This document shows positions 40,429 through 49,896 of a stretch of DNA of 64,000 nucleotides, in pieces. The DNA is from a virus. The DNA lies in the IMG/VR virus record IMGVR_UViG_3300030419_007641, positions 64,001 through 128,000 of that record; one strand, 5' to 3'. The position numbers and the translations under genes are program-made. The notes under the pieces were generated by a model. That model was not told the origin of the DNA and ran no database searches. It saw only the letters and a list, made by a program, of their open reading frames with translations. The stretch's first letter is position 1. Each line of letters starts with the position of its first letter.

Positions 40429-42516
40429 ATGGACTTTAACGCACTTTATATTTACGGTACTAATGATACTAGATGGGGATTCCAATTGTTAGGTCAAGCT
40501 GGTGCACCACGAGAAGATGTTTTTAATAAATGGGGATTTTGGTGGCCGTTATTCTTATCCGAAGAAGAAGCTAACGCGGTTGATCCTGATAATGAATCAA
40601 TAGCTTTTACGTATAGAGAATACGTATATTCTGATTATGCAGAAACAATAGGACTTGGCACAGCAGGTGAAAGTGTACCATTTTATATGCCAGCGTATGC
40701 GTTTGCAGAGCCTAACAGTGAGTTGTTTAATTATATGTTAGATAATGTACCGCCTATACCTGGTGGATACGCTGGACATACACCAATTGGAGCTGCAAAT
40801 TATGATCCACGTAATGCTGTGCCTGGTCAAAATTATAAATGGCTTCCTCAAATGACCAATGAATATGATATGGGATGGCCAGATGGGTTTGGATTTATAA
40901 ATACCGGAAGAAGCAATGTAGTCAACCGCGCCGACTGGATTTTAGAGTTTGGCGGTGGGGATCCAAATGCAGAACCTCCACAATGGGCACAAGACCTGCC
41001 TCCAGATGATCCACTACATGTACCTGCTGGGGTTGGTCTAGGAGCGTTGGCGCAGGAACAACCACCCGGGGTAAGAAAGGGCAAAACCTTTAAACTTCAA
41101 ATGGATGAACCTGTCCCTAGCTTTGTTGCTCCTATTATAGACGGTCATATGTTGGGATTTGGAATTGGCGCGCCGCCATTGGGTCTAAATCCGTTTAGAA
41201 CTATCCGGGAAGCGCGTTGGTTTTTTGCCTTGCAGGCAATATGGATGGGTCACATTCGACCTGGAGGAACCTTTGATGAGCAGATAGCGCGCAGACCGCG
41301 TTGGAATCAACGTCATTGCAGGATTAACCCTTCTGTAGGTGATTCCCGGGTTGGCTGCTGGGTAGGCCCGCTTCCGGATGAAGGAAATTTTATACGCCCA
41401 ATATTGCGAATTCGCGATCCGAATGGCGTTATAATATCCAGTGAAGATATGTTTCCTGAAGGAATAGGACCAAATCATGAACTTCGGCTTAATTTTCCAG
41501 AATATCTGGGCATGAATGCATCATCAGTAGAAGAAGTTGAGGCTAATATTGACCGGCAGCTATCACCACCAAGATTTGCTCGTTATTGGGCAGAAGATAT
41601 TGAGGATGCGCATCAACAAGCTGTAGAAAGAGAAAGAATAGTGAGCTCTTTAAATAGCGTGGTAATACCTAATTACGTAATTGGCGAAGGGTATACCCGT
41701 GAAGGTTTTGATCCACGTGTATGGCCAGGGGGCAAAGCGTATGGTAGCTGGTCAACATACCAACAATGGGTGCTTACTATGGCAGATTCAGCCTGGGATG
41801 GCCCACGACCGCCTAATATTCCAGATATTGATTATGATACGGTAATTAAGTGGGAATCCCCATATTCTGGATCCAAATCCCGATTACCAACTACAGAAGA
41901 GGTAGAAGCCGAAAAAAATGAATTAGTATACGCTGGTGTAAACTCTGCTGACGCAGAATTACAAGCACATAGTTGGCGATTTTTCCCGAAAAAACCTCAA
42001 TGTTTTAGACTTAGAGGGGCAACTCTGGGACCAGAAAGCGGAGAGATAATGTTAGATCAAAGCTTAAATGCAATTAAAACAGCTGAATTTACTGCTGCGT
42101 GGTGGACCGTGCCACCGGGATACGGTATTGATTTTAAAAAGGGCCACGGTAATTGGGTGTGGGACCCTAATTTACCTTTCCCGGGAATTTGTAGAATGGG
42201 TGTGGATCCGATATGTAATGCAGGTTGGAAACCGGGATTTGGAATGGGGCCATGGCAACCATGGGAAGAAGCAGGAGAAGCTGCACCTACTGGGTGGCCA
42301 GTAACACCTCTTAGAGGTAATTTTGATAATGTTAAATTTACTAAAGGCCAACCACAATATATATGGGCTCCGGGTAGAAATTGGGCTTTTGAATTTAATG
42401 TCCCATTTGATGAATTAGGTATGATGGTAGGTGAAAACGTAACACAAACAGTGCTTTTAGGTGAGGGTGAAACTAACCCCGGGTTGGACTTCCCGTCTCG
42501 CTTGGGACAAATTTAA
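40429..42516 (+). CDS. Large Pro/Trp/Gly-rich orphan protein, distant paralog C
   Basis: MDFNALYIYG...WGFWWPLFLSEEEANAVDP...FTYREY...FYMP parallels the N-terminal domain of A and B. IPNYVIGEG..WVLTMA..DIDYDTVIKW parallels their central block. Confidence 0.65.
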   Translation: MDFNALYIYGTNDTRWGFQLLGQAGAPREDVFNKWGFWWPLFLSEEEANAVDPDNESIAFTYREYVYSDYAETIGLGTAGESVPFYMPAYAFAEPNSELFNYMLDNVPPIPGGYAGHTPIGAANYDPRNAVPGQNYKWLPQMTNEYDMGWPDGFGFINTGRSNVVNRADWILEFGGGDPNAEPPQWAQDLPPDDPLHVPAGVGLGALAQEQPPGVRKGKTFKLQMDEPVPSFVAPIIDGHMLGFGIGAPPLGLNPFRTIREARWFFALQAIWMGHIRPGGTFDEQIARRPRWNQRHCRINPSVGDSRVGCWVGPLPDEGNFIRPILRIRDPNGVIISSEDMFPEGIGPNHELRLNFPEYLGMNASSVEEVEANIDRQLSPPRFARYWAEDIEDAHQQAVERERIVSSLNSVVIPNYVIGEGYTREGFDPRVWPGGKAYGSWSTYQQWVLTMADSAWDGPRPPNIPDIDYDTVIKWESPYSGSKSRLPTTEEVEAEKNELVYAGVNSADAELQAHSWRFFPKKPQCFRLRGATLGPESGEIMLDQSLNAIKTAEFTAAWWTVPPGYGIDFKKGHGNWVWDPNLPFPGICRMGVDPICNAGWKPGFGMGPWQPWEEAGEAAPTGWPVTPLRGNFDNVKFTKGQPQYIWAPGRNWAFEFNVPFDELGMMVGENVTQTVLLGEGETNPGLDFPSRLGQI

Positions 42517-42527
42517 TTAAAAATAAT

Positions 42528-44897
42528 ATGCTTATTCAAGATCTTATAATATCATGGGGAAGAAATAATAGGTACCGAAGAGAGTCGCGATTTGGTTTAA
42601 TTCCAAGAAAAGAGAGCACAGCAACCAGTGATCTTGGCCTGGATGGTGAGGCTTTGCAAATTTTACAGGAAGGCCTTGATGAAGTATTATTAATTCCAGC
42701 AAATGTCGGTGATATTATTGAGCCCATAATGGCATTTATACCTCAAAATAATAATATACCTCTTCCAATACCCGGGCAACCTCTTCCCTGGGATAATCAA
42801 CCTGGAGGGGATCCAGAGCTACCGGTACCTCCTAACGAATTGGAGGAATGGATGGACCGTGGTGGGCATATCCGCCGCGGCCGCCGCTTTGAAGTTGAGT
42901 CGTCAACTGGTGGTCAACACCCACATGGTGACCCTGATGCAACTAAACATGGATTAAGCCGACACCGAGTGTGTTTTACTATTCATGATGCTGAATGGGT
43001 AGCACAAAACAAAGATGTTCCTCCTGAAGAGGATACGTATGCCAATGCTTTTGGAATAGGATCGGATTTTTGGAATAGACTTCCCGATGAGGCTAAAATT
43101 AATCCAGACACAGGAGACACGTGGACTGAAGAAGAGTGGGTATCGCACTTAATTTCTACTTCCGGGGAGCCACTATCTGATAGGTTTGGTCCACATCTTC
43201 AAATAGGTGCAAAAGGTAAAGGGTGGGAAGTATGTGAATGCTGTAATTGTTGCCCTCCAATTGCTTGTGATGCTTATTGGTATTGGGAGAGATTAGAGCA
43301 AACCGTTGCTGGTACATGGGAAGTACAAACTTGGCCAATGTGTCAGCTGCCTGTACCCGGACCAATGTGCGATTTTCCACTTGAGGAACGTATTATTTTT
43401 CCTCAAGATCTGCTCCCGGAACGTGGTGCTCAGCGGTTAGCTTTAGCTGATCTGTTTCAAGCCGGGGATATCTTACCTGGACCAATAGTGTTTCGTGGTG
43501 TGGATGATTGGGCTATTTTGAATCGTCACGTTGAGATGATGGATGGGCCTACCGGGGTACTGGATAGACTACCTAGTATGCCGTTAGGCGGCAAAATACA
43601 GGGTGAAGATGTTAAAGACGAATTTTTCAACAACCCTGATATTAATATCGATGAGGCTAGTAAGCGCATGCGTGATCTTCAAGTACTATGGAACAAATAT
43701 AATAGTAGCTTTAGCAACATTTATATTGATCTCGACTTCAGTCGACCAGATCTAGAGTTACTTGGAGACTTTAATAATCTAGATGCACCAATTAATAGAC
43801 AAAATACTCCGCTGATAGCGGAGATTCCTGGGAGGAGAGCTCTAAAAGCTCTACAAAGGGGTAAAGGGAGTGAGGTTAATAAATTTATTAAGCCTTTTGC
43901 TGGTTTAGTATTAAAATATATGCCAGAGAACCCAAATATTGTATTTAGGCGACTGTGGAATGGGCAAATTAGATTAAACTTTATAGATCCTGCGGGAGCT
44001 CAACAGATGGAAAACATTTTACGAGTCGCGAGGCAAATATTAGAAATAATGGATTGGGCAGGTTTGATAAGAGAGGGCCCGGGAGATGGATTCGAACCCC
44101 GTCGAGAAGGCCAGGAAATAGATGAGATAATGGAACTACTGAGAGCGGACTGGAACGCGCATTTTGCAAGAAATGGCATGGACAATATACCAGCTAATAC
44201 ACCAGTTATTGAAACCATGGCCTGGGGTGGAAAATACGTAGTACGAGCGGATTTTGATGCCGGGTTTGGTGGCACTATGTTTCCTGATGTACATAACGGC
44301 CCTCATCGATGTTTTTATGTTACAGATCCAGTATGGGTAGCTACCTGGCCGGAGGTTAATCCAGCGGTCGATATATTATCAATGGCTCATGATAGAGATA
44401 AACAGTATGTTCAAGACCTTGAAGTTGGAGATATAGGAAACGGGTGGGGTGTGTGTGCAGGGTGCCCTTGCCCAGATGACAGTGACAACTTTAAACCTCT
44501 AAATAGGGGCGAGCTTAAAAAAAATCTAAACTATGCTGAGAGATGGTTGAAAGCAGCTCCTAAGGCTCTCATACCACAAGGAGAAGCTGGTGATCCCGGT
44601 GAGCCTGGTGAACCTGGTGCACCAGGTGAGATTGAAGGCGAAGAGGTATTTATGGAAATTAAAAAAGCAGCTGGACAGGTAAGGCAGGTAAAAGAGCAAC
44701 CTAATTTCCCAACGCCGTTTGGTGCACCCAATGTCCCGGAACCCAAAAACCCTAAAGAAGCGCGAAAGGAATTAGATAAAGCATTAAAGCAAGATCCTGT
44801 AGCTGCTAAAGAAGCAATTAAACGTATACAAAGACTCGTGCCTGATGAAATGAACGCATTTCTTAAGCGCGCTGAAAATAAAAAACTTAACCCCTAG
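42528..44897 (+). CDS. Large orphan protein with Cys clusters and a short collagen-like repeat
   Basis: 789 aa; CECCNCCPPIAC, CAGCPCP, (G-X-Y)6 GEAGDPGEPGEPGAPGEI. Confidence 0.6.
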   Translation: MLIQDLIISWGRNNRYRRESRFGLIPRKESTATSDLGLDGEALQILQEGLDEVLLIPANVGDIIEPIMAFIPQNNNIPLPIPGQPLPWDNQPGGDPELPVPPNELEEWMDRGGHIRRGRRFEVESSTGGQHPHGDPDATKHGLSRHRVCFTIHDAEWVAQNKDVPPEEDTYANAFGIGSDFWNRLPDEAKINPDTGDTWTEEEWVSHLISTSGEPLSDRFGPHLQIGAKGKGWEVCECCNCCPPIACDAYWYWERLEQTVAGTWEVQTWPMCQLPVPGPMCDFPLEERIIFPQDLLPERGAQRLALADLFQAGDILPGPIVFRGVDDWAILNRHVEMMDGPTGVLDRLPSMPLGGKIQGEDVKDEFFNNPDINIDEASKRMRDLQVLWNKYNSSFSNIYIDLDFSRPDLELLGDFNNLDAPINRQNTPLIAEIPGRRALKALQRGKGSEVNKFIKPFAGLVLKYMPENPNIVFRRLWNGQIRLNFIDPAGAQQMENILRVARQILEIMDWAGLIREGPGDGFEPRREGQEIDEIMELLRADWNAHFARNGMDNIPANTPVIETMAWGGKYVVRADFDAGFGGTMFPDVHNGPHRCFYVTDPVWVATWPEVNPAVDILSMAHDRDKQYVQDLEVGDIGNGWGVCAGCPCPDDSDNFKPLNRGELKKNLNYAERWLKAAPKALIPQGEAGDPGEPGEPGAPGEIEGEEVFMEIKKAAGQVRQVKEQPNFPTPFGAPNVPEPKNPKEARKELDKALKQDPVAAKEAIKRIQRLVPDEMNAFLKRAENKKLNP

Positions 44898-45124
44898 AGG
44901 CGCCCTAGGGCAACTTCTACTTTAAGATCATGCTTCATTGAATGAAATCGCTCACTGATATATTTCTGAAAAGCTAGCGGCTTTACCCATTTATTATCAT
45001 TACAGCTATCTACCTTACCGCCTACTACTTCTAACGCCTCAATTAAACAAGCCCACCTCACAAATTCATCAAATTTCATAGTTTTTGTATTACCATCTTT
45101 TAAGTTAAAAGTAAATTGTTTCAT
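44894..45124 (-). CDS. Hypothetical protein
   Basis: 76-aa ORF preceded by GGAACTATAATATAAT. Confidence 0.6.
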   Translation of the reverse strand: MKQFTFNLKDGNTKTMKFDEFVRWACLIEALEVVGGKVDSCNDNKWVKPLAFQKYISERFHSMKHDLKVEVALGRL

Positions 45125-45136
45125 ATTATTTTTCTA

Positions 45137-45152
45137 ATTATATTATAGTTCC
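45137..45152 (-). promoter_or_regulatory. GGAACTAYAWTATWAT motif, copy 2
   Basis: GGAACTATAATATAAT, 12 nt before the ATG at 45124. Confidence 0.5.
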
Positions 45153-45601
45153 GTTCCTTTAGTATACTCTTGCTTAGTAAACGAAACATCTGTCGTGGAC
45201 TCAGACTCTTCAGTAATATTTTGAAACTGCTTACTTACATCCATGGGCGTTGTAAGCAGCGTCGGTGTAAGGGACACATCTATTCTAAAATCATTATTAC
45301 ATTTTTCACATGTATAAATATTTTCTAAATTTAGAAAGATATTACCTGTATGTGTATAATTTCCACATGGGCAGACTACAGAGCCTTCGCTAAGGCTTAA
45401 AAGTTGTTCTAATTCCCCTTCAAATTCTGCTGTTAGTGTTGTATTTTTATTAATTCTAAAAGAAGAATAAATAAACGCGACAATAAATTGTGTTACAAAA
45501 GCTAAAGCAGAAGCTTCCCAAAAACCAAAGACATTTTTAAGCCCAAATCCAAATAATATAGCTACCGCTGAGGCGATTAAAAGAGATCTAATAATGATCA
45601 T
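45143..45601 (-). CDS. Membrane protein with two N-terminal hydrophobic helices and a CPCG...CEKC zinc-ribbon-like motif
   Basis: IIIRSLLIASAVAILFGFGL...ALAFVTQFIVAFIY; VCPCG...TCEKC. Confidence 0.6.
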   Translation of the reverse strand: MIIIRSLLIASAVAILFGFGLKNVFGFWEASALAFVTQFIVAFIYSSFRINKNTTLTAEFEGELEQLLSLSEGSVVCPCGNYTHTGNIFLNLENIYTCEKCNNDFRIDVSLTPTLLTTPMDVSKQFQNITEESESTTDVSFTKQEYTKGTEL

Positions 45602-45924
45602 ATATCTATTTTAGATAAATCATCGGGAATATCAAGGATTAACTTATTAATATTGTCAATCTTAGTAACTAAATTAGTAAGCGCCGCTTTATTTATTTCC
45701 GGGCTTTTAGACGCATTAGCTAACATAGTTCTCAATTCTGCCAAACAAGTAAAAGTATCACCTAGTACCTTAATAAGATTATCTAATTCAAATGGTAAAA
45801 TAGGAGGAGCTTTTTGGATTTTTTCATCGTCCTTATATTTTATAATTTGATCCTGGACATTCATATGAAAATTAATAGGCTTGTCCTCAGGCTTGGTACT
45901 ATACGGAAATTCTCCACTATTCAT
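45598..45924 (-). CDS. Hypothetical protein
   Basis: 108-aa ORF with TAAATA upstream on the - strand. Confidence 0.6.
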   Translation of the reverse strand: MNSGEFPYSTKPEDKPINFHMNVQDQIIKYKDDEKIQKAPPILPFELDNLIKVLGDTFTCLAELRTMLANASKSPEINKAALTNLVTKIDNINKLILDIPDDLSKIDI

Positions 45925-45958
45925 TTGTAATTATTTATGCTAGAGACTAAATAATTTT

Positions 45959-46393
45959 ATGGCCAGATTTGAAAACAGATTTTTTAAGGTTCTTAAAGAG
46001 CAAGACGAAGAAAGAGAGGCATTTCAAGCAACTCTAGATGATGATACCGCTGCAGAAGATTTTGATGTAGATGTTGAAGTTGATGAGACTGTTGTTGAAG
46101 ATGACCCTAATGTAGCAGCTGCTCGAGCAGTAGAAGAGCGTAATGAAGCTATGAGAATTACATTACAGGGGTGGATTGAGGAGATGAAGAATTTTTTAAC
46201 ATTCTTAAATAGTCAAGATCCGGCGTCTATTCAGTCAGCATTAAGTAATGCTGAGCCTGATACCATCTTTGATAGGATGAAGGATTCAGAGCAGCGTAAA
46301 ATTGCTCGAGTTGCATCTGACTTAGCTTCGCTTCAGCAAGGATTTGAAGGTTACCTCGCTCAATCTGCAAATCCTCAGTTTAAATACGTATAA
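45959..46393 (+). CDS. Acidic late protein, possible head-internal protein
   Basis: TAAATA at 45948-45953; N-terminal FFKVLKEQ (L-x-E) followed by an acidic stretch. Confidence 0.55.
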   Translation: MARFENRFFKVLKEQDEEREAFQATLDDDTAAEDFDVDVEVDETVVEDDPNVAAARAVEERNEAMRITLQGWIEEMKNFLTFLNSQDPASIQSALSNAEPDTIFDRMKDSEQRKIARVASDLASLQQGFEGYLAQSANPQFKYV

Positions 46394-47430
46394 TTTTTAT
46401 ACTTTTTTATTTCAGATAACCTCACAATACCTTCGAGCCCTTCGAAGGTATTTTTTTGTATAAAGTCCCATTTTATTTCATCTACTTTGCATGTAATTGC
46501 AATATCATTAAAGTCTTTAAATTTCTTACCAAATTTTTCAGGCCATATAAACACCTGTTCCCCTTGGTTAAGTAAAGCTTCTGACTTTACTAAGGAAGCT
46601 TGGTCAACCCACTGAGAATCAAGGATCCACACCCTCTGATACCATTTTAAAGTACCATCTAGTTGTTGTTGCTGTCTTGATGTAAATGACTTACCTCGTT
46701 CTGTAATACCTGCAACTGCTACAGAGTTTTTAGTAAAAAACGCATTAATAGGTCCCTCAAAAATATATACATTTTCGTGATCATTACTGACCTTATCAAT
46801 ATTGAACAACGTTTTCTCGGCATTTACCCTCCCTAGATATTTTGGTTTCGTTTTTTTATCTCTATTTAACAGCGTCCTACTTTGATAAAATTCAATGTCT
46901 TTATTCTCATTAACAAAAGGAACTATTAGTCTATTTTTATGAACCTTATCAACAAATGACAAGTATAAACTGTCTGGTCTATTTACTGCGGTATCTAATC
47001 GCCTATTCTTAATAGTTTGCAATGCTGTTCGTAGTACATCATTTCCTTTATAAAAATCTACTTGAGTACTATCGGATAAATTAATACTATCTTTTGGAAG
47101 CGTTTCAGTAGTATATTTTTTAACTTCGAGCTCCGTGTCTATCGTTTCAATGTCAGGAACATGTTCTTTTAGTTCTTTAATAACATCGGCATCACTACCC
47201 CCGGATATTTCTTTAATCCACTTTAAAGGCTTACTTGACCAACCACAATTATGACAAAAGATATTATCATTTTTAGGAATATAATAACACCGTCTCTTCT
47301 TTCCTAGGGACCTGCCCTCTTTGCAAATTGGACAGCTGCACTGATAAACATTGTTAAATTTGTTATACTTTGGGTAATAACCTAGTTCATAAAACTTAAG
47401 TATAACAAAGTCTTCAGGCAAAGAGATCAT
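46375..47430 (-). CDS. gp61: DNA primase
   Basis: Zn finger CPIC...FCHNCG; RLIVPF..FYQSR..PKY; TOPRIM YIFEGPINAF and WILD. Confidence 0.9.
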   Translation of the reverse strand: MISLPEDFVILKFYELGYYPKYNKFNNVYQCSCPICKEGRSLGKKRRCYYIPKNDNIFCHNCGWSSKPLKWIKEISGGSDADVIKELKEHVPDIETIDTELEVKKYTTETLPKDSINLSDSTQVDFYKGNDVLRTALQTIKNRRLDTAVNRPDSLYLSFVDKVHKNRLIVPFVNENKDIEFYQSRTLLNRDKKTKPKYLGRVNAEKTLFNIDKVSNDHENVYIFEGPINAFFTKNSVAVAGITERGKSFTSRQQQQLDGTLKWYQRVWILDSQWVDQASLVKSEALLNQGEQVFIWPEKFGKKFKDFNDIAITCKVDEIKWDFIQKNTFEGLEGIVRLSEIKKYKNYTYLN

Positions 47431-48295
47431 CTAATTTATTATAGAGAGATTTCATAAAAAATAAACTATACCATTTTTCCTTATTGTCAAGAATTCTGTT
47501 AAAGTTATATTCTTCGCAAAACGCTATAAATACCTGGTAGTCCGGGTTAACTGTTTTGGCGAGTTGTTGCTTGTAATAGTCGTCCTCTGCTTTAATGCTT
47601 TTGTATTTATCCAAAGAAAAAATTTCCTCATTTCTCTCAAAAATTTCTGTCTGTTCTGCGGTGAGCTTAATATCATTATTTAAATAGCTATTTACTTTTG
47701 CTTTACCAAATCCTGGTATACCAGGCACATTATCTGACTTGTCACCTGTTAAGCATTTAGCAGTAAACCAATCTGAAACATTTTTATAACCTGTGGACTC
47801 CTGAAAGTTCGAATCCTCAAAGAATATCTTTCTTATGGGATCATACAACGTAACATCTTCATTTATTAGCTGTATAAAATCTCTATCTACAGAGACTATT
47901 ACCTTCTTACCTTCATCCTCCTTACATATATATGCAACAATATCATCAGCTTCTAACTGGCTAGGAAAAATAGAGTTAATGCCCAAGGAAAGCAATATTG
48001 ACTTAATTACTTCATTGTTTTCATGCGGCGACGTGTCTTTAGATCTATTGCCTTTATAGTCCTCAAACACCTTTTTACGTTCATTTACTTTATACTCCTT
48101 CTTTTCATCCCATACGACAATGGTTGTATGTGGAACAAACTGCTTAACATAAGAATTTATGGCATTAAGGGTAAAGTAGATATGTAAATTACTGACCTGA
48201 TCAGGTGTATCAGTCTTTGTCCTCTTCGACTGCTGTTTCGCTGTATGATATGTTCGGTGTATTAAATTGTTTCCGTCTATTATCAGAGTTTTCAT
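47414..48295 (-). CDS. rnh: RNase H / 5'-3' exonuclease (T4 rnh-like)
   Basis: LIIDGNNLIHR, VVWD, YKGNR, EADDIVA, IVSVDRDFIQL, LTGDKSDNVPGIPGFG. Confidence 0.92.
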   Translation of the reverse strand: MKTLIIDGNNLIHRTYHTAKQQSKRTKTDTPDQVSNLHIYFTLNAINSYVKQFVPHTTIVVWDEKKEYKVNERKKVFEDYKGNRSKDTSPHENNEVIKSILLSLGINSIFPSQLEADDIVAYICKEDEGKKVIVSVDRDFIQLINEDVTLYDPIRKIFFEDSNFQESTGYKNVSDWFTAKCLTGDKSDNVPGIPGFGKAKVNSYLNNDIKLTAEQTEIFERNEEIFSLDKYKSIKAEDDYYKQQLAKTVNPDYQVFIAFCEEYNFNRILDNKEKWYSLFFMKSLYNKLDDLFA

Positions 48296-48539
48296 TTTTA
48301 AAGTATTGCGCCTCGGACACTTTAAACACAGCCCGGGGAAGTTTCTCTACATATTTTATTATATCATTGTTCCTTGCATGTTCAAATGCATCTACAGGAA
48401 CTTTAACATTTTCCATAGTTGGAATGGATAAACATCCCACAGACTCTTTATTAGGCTCAACAATAATAAACATTTGACCGGCATAATCTCCGGTCTGTAC
48501 AGCATATACTTGCTTTTTAGAAAATTGGATCTTGGCCAT
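48210..48539 (-). CDS. Hypothetical protein
   Basis: 109-aa ORF in the operon; overlaps the rnh start. Confidence 0.5.
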   Translation of the reverse strand: MAKIQFSKKQVYAVQTGDYAGQMFIIVEPNKESVGCLSIPTMENVKVPVDAFEHARNNDIIKYVEKLPRAVFKVSEAQYFKNENSDNRRKQFNTPNISYSETAVEEDKD

Positions 48540-48837
48540 TTGGATCGCTTTTAAATTGCTGCGCCTCTACAGCAAAGTACTTAATTAAAAAAGAATTGAG
48601 AGCTTCAGCTTGCATGGGTGTACTGGCAGACTTTATGTCTATATGTCTACCGTCGAAATCATATCCTAATAATATATAACTATCTAAATACTCACTAAGT
48701 ATACTCCCGAGTCTAGCGGCTAAGTCCTTCCTCTTCTTAAACGTCTTTTTTTCTCGAATATTAAATTTTAGAGCTTCTTCTATAATGTCTCTAAGTTCAT
48801 CATCTTCGGGAGAATTAACGCTATCACTTTCTTCCAT
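48517..48837 (-). CDS. Hypothetical protein
   Basis: 106-aa ORF with TAAATA upstream. Confidence 0.6.
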   Translation of the reverse strand: MEESDSVNSPEDDELRDIIEEALKFNIREKKTFKKRKDLAARLGSILSEYLDSYILLGYDFDGRHIDIKSASTPMQAEALNSFLIKYFAVEAQQFKSDPNGQDPIF

Positions 48838-48841
48838 ATAA

Positions 48842-49180
48842 CTATTTAGTCAAAAATTTACTATTCGTTTTTTGACCAACATTATTGCTTAATAATCTCT
48901 GAACTACTACCTCTATAGAATCTGTCCTTAAACTAAAATTACCCTTAAAATTTTGATTACCGTCATCAAAGTTAAAAAGGTATTCTCCCTTAAATGGGGT
49001 GTTTTCAAAACATGTAATAAATACAGACGCTCCAGAAGGATCTACTAATACCGTCCATTTTCTAGGATCTGCTTCTGTATATTTATCAAAAATTCTTAAC
49101 GTTACAAATCCGTTATCTTTAAGTCTTTTAATAAAATAACCTGCGGTTTTTAATTTATTTTTTTTATGTAAATGTGTCAT
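48842..49180 (-). CDS. Hypothetical protein
   Basis: 112-aa ORF with an ATGA overlap with the clamp gene. Confidence 0.6.
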   Translation of the reverse strand: MTHLHKKNKLKTAGYFIKRLKDNGFVTLRIFDKYTEADPRKWTVLVDPSGASVFITCFENTPFKGEYLFNFDDGNQNFKGNFSLRTDSIEVVVQRLLSNNVGQKTNSKFLTK

Positions 49181-49896
49181 TGAGTTAATGCTGAAATTAT
49201 ATACTTCAATTTAATACCATCTGCTTCAATTTCAAATACAACTACACCATACTCTGTATTTATTTTAACTTTAAACTCATTACTAATTGATGTTAGTAAT
49301 CTTATATTATCAAAGTTTATAGGTGTCGGTTTGAGTGTAAAATTGACAGGTCCTAGAGATATAGTAAAATTATCTGTATTATGTCGAGCTCGATCAGTTA
49401 GCTCAGCCATTAATTCCCCGTCCTCAATATAAAAATAAATTTTATTTGTTTCAGACGCAAATGTACTACCTTTAAAAATTCGTTGTAATAATGGCTTATC
49501 TAAAGTAAACTCAACATCAAATTCAAATTTATTAATTTTATCTAAATTAATACTCGGATTAGTTAAAAAGCCTTCCTCAAATAAATGATATTGAAACTTT
49601 ACATTAGAACCACTATACTCAATATTATTAGAATTAATTTTTAATGTAATATCATCAGTTTCTAGTGTATCTAGAACACGAGATAATTTTTTAATATCAG
49701 GTATATTTAATGTATCTTCAAAACTCGAAGGTACTGTATATTCTGAATAGAGTATAAGCGTATTATCTATACTAGATACTAAACTTGTTAGTTTATCTTC
49801 TCGAACATTAAAGATTGCACTATCGCTTATTTTTGAAACAGCGTCCAAAAACGTTAAAAATTCACCCCTTCTTGGTAGATTTAGCTCCTTTTCCAT
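49177..49896 (-). CDS. gp45: Sliding clamp (gp45-like)
   Basis: 239-aa size; LNIPDIKKLSRVL, IEY...KFQYHL, FDNIRLL, VVVFE..KLKYIISAL resemble the clamp fold. Lies next to the SSB gene. Confidence 0.7.
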   Translation of the reverse strand: MEKELNLPRRGEFLTFLDAVSKISDSAIFNVREDKLTSLVSSIDNTLILYSEYTVPSSFEDTLNIPDIKKLSRVLDTLETDDITLKINSNNIEYSGSNVKFQYHLFEEGFLTNPSINLDKINKFEFDVEFTLDKPLLQRIFKGSTFASETNKIYFYIEDGELMAELTDRARHNTDNFTISLGPVNFTLKPTPINFDNIRLLTSISNEFKVKINTEYGVVVFEIEADGIKLKYIISALTQ

